A DNA stretch of 32,000 nucleotides from Planctopirus limnophila DSM 3776 (GCF_000092105.1 NC_014148.1:4080001-4112000), one strand, 5' to 3'; counted from the stretch's first letter, positions 17,041-26,042 are shown. Translations and numbers: made by a program. The notes: a model not told the origin generated them from the letters alone.

Positions 17041-20000
17041 ATGAGTTTCTGGATCAGACCTCGCGGTTCGCACCATCCAGGCCCTGTCCGCCACAAGCCC
17101 GGCATGGGCATTCACTGGATGATCCTGTGCTCTTTGACACTCTCGATCATTTCGGGATGTGGGCAAAGCCCATCCAGCAGCCAGACTCCCGAGCAGGTGA
17201 CATCGAATGCAAGCTCTGCTTCCACTGAACCCACTGCGAATGCCACCACAGCCGCACAGCCTCAGGCAGTTGCCAACTGGCTCGAAAATCCTCAGGCCAT
17301 CGACTTGTCCGGGCGGTATGGGCGTCGATTGCAGATCGTCTGGAAAGACGCCACTCGCGATCCCATGGAGGGCGATGACGACGACGACTCGATGGCAGAT
17401 CGCGATGTGACGTCCCCAATTGATCCAGCAGACGCGAACGATCCCCTGATGGCCGAGAATTTGCCAGCGGGCTCGTCACAGGTCACCACAGGTAAAGACA
17501 ACGCTTTTGGTGCTGCCAACGAAGAGAAACCTGACGATGCCAGCGTGAGCCAATCGTCTCAGGCCGATTGGTATGTGCTGATTGACGGTGAGCCCGTGCG
17601 AGACGAGACCGGGATCCTGTTGTCGATCCCTTGTGAAGTCCGTGTCCCTCCTGGTCCTCATGAAGTGACTTTGGCTCAGCCGGGAATGGTTGATCTATCG
17701 AAAAAAGTGGAGATCCGGCAGGATCGCAAAGTCAGTTTCGAACGACCCGAGAAGCCGGTGCGTGGAGCCTCTTCGCTTTCGGGGCCACTCTTTGACCTGG
17801 CAAGAGGCGAGTTCCTTCCACTCGATGAACTCAACACTGCCGGGAAAGAGTACGACCCCTGGCTTTCTGCTGATGGACTCACGCTGGTCTTTGCCGGTGA
17901 TCGAGCGGAAGGCCGAGGCGTTTACCTGGCGACACGTCCCACAAGATACCATGCCTTCTCGCCTGCCGAGTTAATTGAAATTACACGGTCGGGCGAATTC
18001 GTGGCCACGCCCGTCCTCTCACCGGATGGGTTGAGTTTGATCTATGTGCACCCCGCCCGCACGCGGATCTGGCTGCTGGAACGCAATTCCGTCGATGATC
18101 CCTTTGTCAAACGGACAGCTCTTAGGAGCATCGATCAACCGGGGTTCGAATGGATCGGGGCTCAACTGATGTTCCCAGAGGCCATTTCACAGACACCGCA
18201 ATTCAAAGCTTCGGCAAACTTCCAGTTAGCTTGGATCGAACGTAACGCCGCAGGTCAACAGCAGGTTTTTGTCGCCGAAGGGCCGAGTCTGGGGAGTTTG
18301 TCCAAAGCCCAGGGCAAAGCGATCATTTTACCCGGAGACCGGCCCTGGTTTACCGCTTCGACGGATCGTCAATTCAGTCTCGATGGTCATGTTCTGCAGA
18401 GGTGGATTCGTGAACAATCTCTTGGGCCGGTCGCCTCGGCACTCTATGGAAATCCATCGCCCATTGGAGAATTTCCCGCTGGATTTCCTCCTCCACTCGC
18501 CAACGAACGATCGCTGTTTATTACCGATGATGAGCAGTGGGCTGTCGCTGCCGTCACATCCGCAGCCAGCGAAGCCACACTACAACAACAGCCGGGCGAT
18601 CTCATGCTGCTTCGTCTCTCTGATGGCCCGCAATGGGGTTGGAAATTCCAGGGGCGCAGTCTGAAGCCAATCCCCTCCACCGAGACCACACCGCCGACAT
18701 TAGTCGCTGATCAGTCAGCCTCGAAAGTCATGAATGCAGAAGACCGTTCATCACCAGCCACGACGAATCCATCAACTCCCGTTCGTGAGGAGATGGATCC
18801 CTCCGTGAAGACGAACGCCGATCCCGCAGCGACCGTCGCGAACCAGCCTGTGCAACCAGTGGAAGTTCAAACGGCCTATTCGACCTATGAGAAATCTCTG
18901 GCTGAGTTTCGCAAGGCTCTGGAAGCTCGAAATTATGAACAGGCGGCACAAATCCTCCAGCAGCGGCGAGAAACTTCGTTTGCGACCGCATTGAATCCAC
19001 TGACAGAACTCGACCTGGCCTGGCTGAAAACACTCAATGAGTTTCAGGTCATGGTGAACGATGGTGTTCGCCAGCTGGAGCCCGGCACCACAGTACGCGT
19101 CGGTTCTGCCAAGCTGGAGTTGATTGGTCTCAAAGAGGGTGTTCTGAGTTTGAAGTCGCGACTGAAGACCATTGAAAAACCTTTGTGGGAAATGTCGACG
19201 GGCGATCTGCTGGCACTGGCCGAATCTCTGCCGGGTGGGACGAATCAGGCATCCGCGCTGAAGACGCTCGCTTTCGTAAAGGCAGATCCTGTTCTTCCAG
19301 CACGAGTCATCGAATTGTGGCTGGGCCGTGCGGGCCCCGGCGGACAGGATTTTCTCGAAGCGTTCAGCACTCGCGAACTTGAAGAAGGCCGCCTGGCTCT
19401 GGCCGAAAATCGGTTAAGCAGTGCGATCGAGCATTTTGGCAAGACGATTGCCGCCGGGCCGGAAAGACCCGCCGCACAGGCAGCCGAAAAGGAAAAAGCC
19501 CAGCTCTATGATCGCACTCGCTGGAAGATTGTCGGCAAGCGTGACTGGGCTCGCGGCCCTGACGGTGAATGGAGTGCTGATGCCCGGCGGATCGACGGGG
19601 CTTATCTCGTTTCCGAAAGTGATTACGAAAACTTCGTATGCGAGTTTGAATGGAAAGCCGATCAACCCGGTGCACAGGGTGGGCTTTACTTTCATTATGC
19701 CGGTGAAGGAAACCCCTTTGAATTTGGCTATAAAATCCATCTTGCTGGCGACATGGATCAGCAGGGAATGGATCAATATTCAACGGGTGCCCTCTTTGGA
19801 TCGGATGCACCCAAAAAGAAGGTCGCCAAAAAGAATGCTTGGAACCGCTTCCGTTTGACAGTCGTCGGCCCTAAGACGACTGTCCAGATCAACGATGAAG
19901 TCGTGCTCGAAACCGATGTGCCTGTTTCCAAAAGCGAACCTCGTGGTTATCTGGCAATCGACGGAGTGGGTGGCGCCTTCCGCTATCGCAAGATTCTGGT

Positions 20001-20043
20001 TTATGAACCGAGCAACTCTCCAGCTGCCAAGCCTCAAAACTAG
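17041..20043 (+). CDS. Large lipoprotein with a PEGA-like domain, PD40/TolB-like repeats and a C-terminal DUF1080 (3-keto-disaccharide hydrolase-like) domain
   Basis: The ATG at 17041 (or 17104) is followed by the lipobox LSIISGC. PEGA-like segment VLIDGEPV...CEVRVPPGPHEVTL. Repeats of the form DPWLSADGLTLVF and PVLSPDGLSLIY. C-terminal DYENFVCEFEWKA...GGLYFHY...NAWNRFRLTVVG...VQINDEVV...GYLAIDG..FRYRKILVYE is typical of DUF1080. The ORF opens at 16903, but that extension looks non-coding. Confidence 0.8.
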   Translation: MSFWIRPRGSHHPGPVRHKPGMGIHWMILCSLTLSIISGCGQSPSSSQTPEQVTSNASSASTEPTANATTAAQPQAVANWLENPQAIDLSGRYGRRLQIVWKDATRDPMEGDDDDDSMADRDVTSPIDPADANDPLMAENLPAGSSQVTTGKDNAFGAANEEKPDDASVSQSSQADWYVLIDGEPVRDETGILLSIPCEVRVPPGPHEVTLAQPGMVDLSKKVEIRQDRKVSFERPEKPVRGASSLSGPLFDLARGEFLPLDELNTAGKEYDPWLSADGLTLVFAGDRAEGRGVYLATRPTRYHAFSPAELIEITRSGEFVATPVLSPDGLSLIYVHPARTRIWLLERNSVDDPFVKRTALRSIDQPGFEWIGAQLMFPEAISQTPQFKASANFQLAWIERNAAGQQQVFVAEGPSLGSLSKAQGKAIILPGDRPWFTASTDRQFSLDGHVLQRWIREQSLGPVASALYGNPSPIGEFPAGFPPPLANERSLFITDDEQWAVAAVTSAASEATLQQQPGDLMLLRLSDGPQWGWKFQGRSLKPIPSTETTPPTLVADQSASKVMNAEDRSSPATTNPSTPVREEMDPSVKTNADPAATVANQPVQPVEVQTAYSTYEKSLAEFRKALEARNYEQAAQILQQRRETSFATALNPLTELDLAWLKTLNEFQVMVNDGVRQLEPGTTVRVGSAKLELIGLKEGVLSLKSRLKTIEKPLWEMSTGDLLALAESLPGGTNQASALKTLAFVKADPVLPARVIELWLGRAGPGGQDFLEAFSTRELEEGRLALAENRLSSAIEHFGKTIAAGPERPAAQAAEKEKAQLYDRTRWKIVGKRDWARGPDGEWSADARRIDGAYLVSESDYENFVCEFEWKADQPGAQGGLYFHYAGEGNPFEFGYKIHLAGDMDQQGMDQYSTGALFGSDAPKKKVAKKNAWNRFRLTVVGPKTTVQINDEVVLETDVPVSKSEPRGYLAIDGVGGAFRYRKILVYEPSNSPAAKPQN

Positions 20044-20327
20044 ATCCGTTCTTGAAGTCCAGCACTGACTGAGGTGCATTTGCGACTTTTCGCCCGATCC
20101 CACTGCGCTGACACGGGAAACTCTGGCGACGCTCTCCTCACACTCAAAACATCCGTAACGGCGATCGCTTCATCTTCCATTCAGGTTCTTCTGATACACC
20201 TTCCCAAGAGACCTGTTACCTGCCGAGCTTGAGCATCCACAGAAACAATGCTCAGGTCTTGATCAGTCGCCGGTTTCAGCATGAATCGAGAGCCAATCCT
20301 CGGGGAAGATGAATAGCGGGGTGTGAG

Positions 20328-22322
20328 ATGCGGACGATGGTTGTCGGGAGCGTTCTATTATTGGTGATTGCCATCGCGATTGAATCGGTCTGGCCACAGA
20401 CGGGTGATCGCGCTCCGGAAAATGGCCCACCCCAAAATGGCCCCCGAGAAAATGGCCCAGGGGGCGGCTTTCCACCCTTCGGCCCTCCGGGCGGATTCCC
20501 TGGCTTTGGCGGACCACCCGGCTTCGGCGGCCCGCCCGGAGGTGGACAGGAACGCAAGCTGCTCTCGAAATTCGATGCTGACAAAGACGGCAAGCTGAAT
20601 CTCGCAGAGCGACAACTGGCTCGAAAAGAATCCGCTCAGGGAAGTGCTGGCTTCGGCGGTCCCAGAGGGCCTCGCGGCGGTATGCCTGGCATGGGAGCCA
20701 ATCGTACGCCACAAGCAGGGAAGAAAATCCTGCCCGAGAATGTGACGTCAGCCGGTGATACTGATCTGTACGATCCGTCGATCGTCCGGACAATATTTCT
20801 GAACTTTGAAGGCAAAGACTGGGAAACAGAACTCTCGGACTTTCACAACACGGATGTCGAAGTTCCCGCCATGATGCAGGTTGATGGTAAAGACTACCCC
20901 GACGTCGGCGTCAGCTTCCGCGGCATGTCATCCTACGGTATGGTGCCAGCCGGCTTTAAGCGGTCATTCAATGTTTCCATCGATGCCTTTAACGACCAGC
21001 AAAAGCTCGGCGGCTACAAAACGCTGAATTTACTTAACTGCAATGGCGACACTTCATTTTTAAGAGGTTTTGTCTACTCTCAGATCGCCACGGAAATGAT
21101 CCCCGTCCCTCGCGTGAACTTTGTTCGTGTCGTTGTAAATCACGAAGACTGGGGTGTCTTTGCAAACGTCGAACAATTCAACAAAGATTTTATCAAAAGA
21201 CACTTTGAGAACAGCAATGGCTATCGGTGGAAGGTTCCAGGAAGTCCTATGGGTCGCGGTGGGCTGGAGTATTTAGGGGATGATACCAACGCCTACAAGC
21301 GAATTTACGAGATCAAAAGTAAAGATACTCCTGAGGCCTGGGAGCGATTGATTTCTTTATGCCGCATTCTGAATGAGACACCTGCGGAGCAACTGGTCGA
21401 AAAGCTGGAGCCAGTCCTCGATATTGATGAGACCCTGACGTTTCTGGCGCTGGATGTCGCGCTCTGCAATAGTGATGGCTACTGGACTCGCGCGAGTGAT
21501 TACAGTCTCTACTGCACACCCGAAGGGAAATTTACACTGGTTCCGCACGACTTCAATGAGATCTTTCAATCGGGTGGCCCTGGCGGCCCACCAGGTGGCG
21601 GACCGCCGGGTGGATTTGGGCCCCCATCATTTGGTTTTCCTCCATTTGGTCCACCACCCGAAGGCCAACCCCCATTCGGACCGCCGGGTGGTGCACCCAA
21701 TGGATTCGGGCCACCTCCCAATGGGAATAGCACTCCTCCTCAGGGACGAGTTGCCGGTAATCCCAATGGCCCTCCTCAAGGGCCGGGTGGCGGGCAAAAT
21801 CCGCGGGGTGGCCCAAGACGAGGCCCCGGTGGTGGTGGGCCTGGTGGCGGTGGTCCCGGTGGCGGTGGGCCAGGTCATGGTGGGCCGACACTCGATCCTC
21901 TGGTTGGGCTCAACGATTCGACAAAGCCACTGCGCAGTAAACTCCTTGCTGTTCCAGAACTCAAGGCTCGCTATCTGAAGTATGTCGGACAGATTGCCGA
22001 TCAGTACCTGGCAGCCGAATTCCTCAAACCTCGGATGCAGCAGGAGTTTGAACTGATTTCACCACTGGTGGCTCAGGATCAGAAGAAGCTCTTCACCACA
22101 GCCGACTTTGTGCGCGAGTCGAAGTTTATTGAGATTCAGAACTCCTCAGAAAATGCTCGCTCGACGCTGTGGGATCAGATTCAGAAACGACGGGAGTTTC
22201 TGATGAAACACGCGGAAGTCCGAGCCGCCCTTGGCAAGCAGAACACCGATGGACGAACATCGGCGATCAAGAATCAGCGATCCTCCAACCGACAACCGGC
22301 TCCCTTGTCGTCAGCCCGTTAA
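20328..22322 (+). CDS. CotH kinase family protein with signal peptide, an EF-hand-like loop and two Pro/Gly-rich tracts
   Basis: CotH-like blocks VGVSFRGMSS, FNVSIDAF, YKTLNLLNCNGDTSFLRGFVYSQI, RVVVNHEDWGVFANVEQFNKDFIKRHF, NSDGYWTRASDYSLYC, LVPHDFNE. DADKDGKLNLAE at 20574-20609. P/G tracts at 20424-20546 and 21573-21887. Confidence 0.85.
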   Translation: MRTMVVGSVLLLVIAIAIESVWPQTGDRAPENGPPQNGPRENGPGGGFPPFGPPGGFPGFGGPPGFGGPPGGGQERKLLSKFDADKDGKLNLAERQLARKESAQGSAGFGGPRGPRGGMPGMGANRTPQAGKKILPENVTSAGDTDLYDPSIVRTIFLNFEGKDWETELSDFHNTDVEVPAMMQVDGKDYPDVGVSFRGMSSYGMVPAGFKRSFNVSIDAFNDQQKLGGYKTLNLLNCNGDTSFLRGFVYSQIATEMIPVPRVNFVRVVVNHEDWGVFANVEQFNKDFIKRHFENSNGYRWKVPGSPMGRGGLEYLGDDTNAYKRIYEIKSKDTPEAWERLISLCRILNETPAEQLVEKLEPVLDIDETLTFLALDVALCNSDGYWTRASDYSLYCTPEGKFTLVPHDFNEIFQSGGPGGPPGGGPPGGFGPPSFGFPPFGPPPEGQPPFGPPGGAPNGFGPPPNGNSTPPQGRVAGNPNGPPQGPGGGQNPRGGPRRGPGGGGPGGGGPGGGGPGHGGPTLDPLVGLNDSTKPLRSKLLAVPELKARYLKYVGQIADQYLAAEFLKPRMQQEFELISPLVAQDQKKLFTTADFVRESKFIEIQNSSENARSTLWDQIQKRREFLMKHAEVRAALGKQNTDGRTSAIKNQRSSNRQPAPLSSAR

Positions 22323-22431
22323 AAGCTCGTGGCAATCTTTGGGTATGGAGTGTGATTGGTTTCCGCGATCACTTCTTGAACCGTTTGCTTATGTCGCACC
22401 TTGCACGGATTTCAATAAACAACTATTCGGC

Positions 22432-22529
22432 GGGTGGCTGGGGTTGAGTCTTCGAACCCCCAGCGATTTTCGGCATGAACTGGGGGTTCGCGAAGACGCT
22501 CAACCCCAGCCACCCCATACCAAGGAGCG
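22432..22529 (-). repeat. ~98-bp palindromic intergenic repeat, family A, copy 2 (inverted relative to copy 1)
   Basis: gggtggctggggttgagtcttcgaacccccag-cgattttcggcatgaa-ctgggggttcgcgaagacgctcaaccccagccaccccataccaaggagcg. Its reverse complement aligns to 12499-12597. It lies in the gap between the CotH and VTC genes. Confidence 0.9.
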
Positions 22530-22581
22530 CAGTTTATAGTTGAAATCCGTATTTCAACCGATTGATAGCAAAGGATGCCTT

Positions 22582-23424
22582 ATGTATCTTGCGACAAACT
22601 CAGGTCATGATACGGACTGCGATGCAGTCTCGTTCCCTGTATCGTCAATTGGAGAGAGATCGCTGCCATCGTCTGATCGGCAGCCGAAGCTCCCGTTTTC
22701 GTTTCGTGAATTGACTCAAAAGCTGTTAACCTCTCCCGTCTCAGAAACGAAGTATCTCATTTCAAGATCGGTCGCTGATCTTGTTTCTGGATGGGCACAA
22801 GTTTATATGCAGCCCGACCAGCATGCTGATCCTGCATTAGGAGATGGCTACTGGGTGCGTACTTTATATCTCGATACGCCGGGGGCTGACATTTATCACC
22901 GCCGAGGGGTTGGTCGCAGCCGCAAATTCCGTATTCGAGGATATGGGAGCTCTCCTGAACTCTGGTTGGAAATGAAGTGGAAGCGGAAAGAAAAAGTCCG
23001 CAAGCGTCGTACCGTGATTCATCAGGATCAGCTGCCGTTGATCATGGCCAATTCATCTCAGGAGTATGATTGGTTTTCGAGTCGGATTGATCGCTACCAG
23101 TTACAACCCGCCTGCCAGATCACTTATCGGCGACAGGCTTATCTATGCCGGACATCGCACGGGGTCTATCGACTCACGCTTGATCGCGAGGCATTTTCAC
23201 AGCCGCATGATGGCTGGAAGGCTCCTGTCGAAGCTGGAAACTGTCGGATTCTGAATGCGGAGAACGCCATACTGGAATTAAAGTATCAGGGCGACTTCCC
23301 ACTCTTCTTCAGATCGCTCGTGGAATTAATTCCTCAAGTTCCCGGCTCGTATTCTAAGTATCGCCGGGCGATTTCCACTTTGATGGATCAATCCATGGGG
23401 GATTCTGCATGCCCGACTGGTTGA
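22582..23424 (+). CDS. VTC domain (CYTH-like, polyphosphate-polymerase-type) protein
   Basis: ETKYLIS...VRTLYLDTPGADIYHRR...RKFRIRGYG...LWLEMKWKRKEKVRKRR matches the bacterial VTC-domain pattern (E-K-Y/F ... YFDT ... K-R-R-Y ... E-K-K). The ORF opens with TTG at 22540; I prefer the ATG at 22582. Confidence 0.75.
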   Translation: MYLATNSGHDTDCDAVSFPVSSIGERSLPSSDRQPKLPFSFRELTQKLLTSPVSETKYLISRSVADLVSGWAQVYMQPDQHADPALGDGYWVRTLYLDTPGADIYHRRGVGRSRKFRIRGYGSSPELWLEMKWKRKEKVRKRRTVIHQDQLPLIMANSSQEYDWFSSRIDRYQLQPACQITYRRQAYLCRTSHGVYRLTLDREAFSQPHDGWKAPVEAGNCRILNAENAILELKYQGDFPLFFRSLVELIPQVPGSYSKYRRAISTLMDQSMGDSACPTG

Positions 23425-24098
23425 CCGCTTTTTCGCTACCGTCGGCACCTCCTCAGGACTGGAAGACTATCGTAGCCTCGATGGTGCTATCGGTTCTCTT
23501 AGGGATGACGATTGGCCAGATCCACCGCTGGACACGTCCCCTTCACCCCGGGAGTGCCTCATTCCACGCGACTTTGGTCTTGATGACGATTCTGATTACG
23601 CTGGTCACTCAAGTCATCGGCGATAACGTCGCACGGGCCTTCAGTCTCGTGGGAGCGCTGTCGATCGTTCGCTTTCGCACTGTCGTCCGCGATACAAAAG
23701 ATACAGCGTTCGTCATCTTCGCCGTCGTGATTGGTATGTGTGCCGGTGCGGAACGCGGCTGGCTGGCGATCGGAGGGACCATCCTCGTTGGTCTGGTCGC
23801 GGCCATTTATCGAGACCGTCCCTATAACCCTTCGACTTCACTGATCCGTTACCGGTTAATCCTGCGGATGGGGCTGGCACAAGAAGTGGAATCACAGGTG
23901 CATGCCCTGCTTCAGCAGGTTGCCCGGAGCTATGACCTCGAAAGTCTCAGTACCGTTCGTCAGGGGAGTGCGATGGAAACGACCTACTCGCTGCAATTGA
24001 ACCGCGCGATCTCGCCGCGCGAGTTGCATACGCAGTTGAGCCGTATCGAAGGGATCCAGAGTGTCGAACTGACGGCATCCATCGACGAGGATCGTTGA
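23409..24098 (+). CDS. DUF4956 domain membrane protein
   Basis: Overlaps the VTC gene by 16 nt. TM segments plus FSLVGALSIVRFRTVVRDTKDTAFVIFAVVIGMCAG, the conserved DUF4956 core as I recall it. Confidence 0.75.
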   Translation: MPDWLTAFSLPSAPPQDWKTIVASMVLSVLLGMTIGQIHRWTRPLHPGSASFHATLVLMTILITLVTQVIGDNVARAFSLVGALSIVRFRTVVRDTKDTAFVIFAVVIGMCAGAERGWLAIGGTILVGLVAAIYRDRPYNPSTSLIRYRLILRMGLAQEVESQVHALLQQVARSYDLESLSTVRQGSAMETTYSLQLNRAISPRELHTQLSRIEGIQSVELTASIDEDR

Positions 24099-24253
24099 AG
24101 AGTTGGCTTCCTCATTCACTGCTGCTGTTCATGGCCATCGGGTTAAAGGGAAAACCTGAAAAGCAATTTCCTGCTTGAACCCTATCCTGTCTGAGGGTTA
24201 GTCTGCGCAGCAGTGATGATCCTCTTTGAGAACCCACTGGCAGGAACCTTGCG

Positions 24254-25333
24254 ATGAACTTTTCACCAGCAGCACTTCAGCGTCGCGCGACGTTGGCCGC
24301 CCTGCTCTCCCTTGCTCTGGCAGCCGGGCCTCTGGCTCTCGCCCAGGAGCCAACAGCCGCTGGAAAACCTGAGCAACCAGCCACAGCGAAACCAGCAGCG
24401 AAGACTGCTCAGGCCAAGCGTGCGGCACAGGCGGCGAACAATCCCATTGTCCCCTATAAAATCGCGCCGACCGCCAAAGACCTGCCTTACGGCACTCATC
24501 CTCGACAAGTCCTCGATTTCTGGCAGGCCAAGTCGACCACTCCCACTCCTGTCGTATTCTTCATTCATGGCGGTGGCTGGAACAATGGCGATAAATCGTC
24601 GGCAGTCCGCACTCTCGACCTTCCCAAACTGCTCGACAGCGGGATCTCCGTGGTGACGATCAATTACAGGCTGGTTCCTCAGGCGTATGAAGCCGGCATC
24701 GAACCACCTGTAAAATGGCCACTTTCGGATGCCGCACGAGCCCTTCAATTTGTGCGGTCCAAAGCCAGCGAGTGGAATCTCGATAAGGCGAGGATTGGAG
24801 CCTGTGGTGGTTCTGCCGGTGCCTGCTCGTCGCTCTGGCTGGCGATGCATGACGATATGGTGGTCCCTGATAGCAATGATCCCATCGAACGCGAATCGAC
24901 CCGCCTGTGGTGTGCTGTTGTGAGCGGGGCACAGACTTCGCTCGATCCTGCGGAAACCAGTGCCTGGATTCCCAACATGGAATATGGCGGCCATGCGTAT
25001 GGGTTCCGTGAAGCGGGTCAGGCCCGGCCAGCCGAGTTCAAGAAGTTCCTCGCAGGTCGCGAAAAGGTGCTACCCTGGCTGAAGGAGTATTCACCCGCCT
25101 CCCATTCCTCGAAAGACGATCCCACGATCGTCCTGTTCTATGGCCAGAAAGAGCCCGCCCAGAAGGGAGATACGCAAAAGGATCCGACTCACTCGATTCT
25201 GTTGGGTAAACTCCTTAAGGAAAAACTCGATCCACTGGGTGTGAAGTGCGTCGTCACATCCCCCGGCGAACCCGACCCTTCCTTCACCTCGATCACCGAT
25301 TCGCTGATCACCGAACTCAAAGCCGCTAAATGA
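24254..25333 (+). CDS. Secreted alpha/beta hydrolase (esterase/lipase-like, HGGG type)
   Basis: Signal peptide with QRRATLAALLSLALAAGPLALA (possibly Tat-like). Oxyanion motif FFIHGGGWNNGD. Nucleophile elbow GACGGSAGA (G-x-S-x-G). Confidence 0.85.
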   Translation: MNFSPAALQRRATLAALLSLALAAGPLALAQEPTAAGKPEQPATAKPAAKTAQAKRAAQAANNPIVPYKIAPTAKDLPYGTHPRQVLDFWQAKSTTPTPVVFFIHGGGWNNGDKSSAVRTLDLPKLLDSGISVVTINYRLVPQAYEAGIEPPVKWPLSDAARALQFVRSKASEWNLDKARIGACGGSAGACSSLWLAMHDDMVVPDSNDPIERESTRLWCAVVSGAQTSLDPAETSAWIPNMEYGGHAYGFREAGQARPAEFKKFLAGREKVLPWLKEYSPASHSSKDDPTIVLFYGQKEPAQKGDTQKDPTHSILLGKLLKEKLDPLGVKCVVTSPGEPDPSFTSITDSLITELKAAK

Positions 25334-25425
25334 TCCATTATCTCTATATAACAGCACCCGTTTTTCAATCGAGTGACACGCCCTGAGGTCTTCCGAAGGG
25401 CGTGGACTTTAATACGCTGCATTTT

Positions 25426-25512
25426 GTAGGGTGCATGTCAATGCACCAATCGGGAACGACATGCACATAGGACGTCTGTGCTGGTGCATTCCGAAGACTT
25501 CATGCACCCTAC
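25426..25512 (+). repeat. REP doublet (REPIN-like), family B, copy 1
   Basis: gtagggtgcatgtcaatgcacca ... ctggtgcattccgaagacttcatgcaccctac. These are two inverted GTAG-headed hairpin units (stems ggtgcat/atgcacc). The element lies between convergent genes. Confidence 0.85.
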
Positions 25513-25757
25513 TTGGCGTTGTTTTCTTTTGGTGCACTACCTTTTTTGCGGCGATTTGTCAGCTCTTCCCAATTCTTTGGGTATTCGATTGTTGAATCAT
25601 CAACTCCTTCGAAATTGCGTTTAGTAACATTGCAAAGCCAAGTAGTTCCGGTCTCCTCCTCGCCTTCGAGTTGATTGGAGTTCGGCATCTCCTCCATGCG
25701 ATTTTCTGCCAATACCTGTAACCGTTTCTCCATCCTTATTCGAAATCTTTCCGACAT
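25509..25757 (-). CDS. Small hypothetical protein (82 aa)
   Basis: Within ORF 25509-25973. The internal ATG at 25757 is preceded by GAGGAGG with a 5-nt spacer (cgaggaggcaaagATG on the minus strand). Product MSERFRIRMEKRLQVLAENR... is charged and carries no known motif. Confidence 0.4.
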   Translation of the reverse strand: MSERFRIRMEKRLQVLAENRMEEMPNSNQLEGEEETGTTWLCNVTKRNFEGVDDSTIEYPKNWEELTNRRKKGSAPKENNAK

Positions 25758-26042
25758 CTTTGCCTCCTCGTAAGCTTGGCCCAAGGGAGAGCTTTCCAGA
25801 ATTTGTCGTCTTCCTTCAACAAATCGTCGCACGGAAGAAGATTCTCTCACAGGAAGCACTGTCCTGGTTTCCTCTACGTGCGAAACAGCGATTTCAATGC
25901 GTGGAATCGGTGGCTGTTCAATGGTTGGTGGAAACACTCGCTGACTCCGTTGACAGTGATGTTGATAAAACACACTGTATCAGGATGCTCAAAACCCTGG
26001 AAAACGTCTAGCTAACTTTTGCCGATCATTGTCAAAGTAACT

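Noticed and set aside
20263-21978. Several long ORFs on both strands over the CotH Pro/Gly tracts (for example 20263-20793 -, 20276-20593 -, 21454-21978 +, 21553-21891 -)
   Set aside because: GGN/CCN repeat DNA is stop-codon-poor in all frames. These ORFs are by-products of the P/G-rich coding repeats of the CotH gene.
12499-22529. Inverted family A repeats as the ends of a ~10-kb composite transposon
   Set aside because: No transposase lies between them. The interior is housekeeping-like (ABC exporter, SlyX, large lipoprotein, CotH). Each copy is itself a palindrome in a 3' intergenic position, which fits dispersed REP/MITE-like elements better.
24263-24994. 243-aa minus-strand ORF opposite the alpha/beta hydrolase gene
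   Set aside because: It is antisense to a CDS with signal peptide, HGGG and GxSxG motifs. It is Arg/Gly/Pro-rich and artefact-like.
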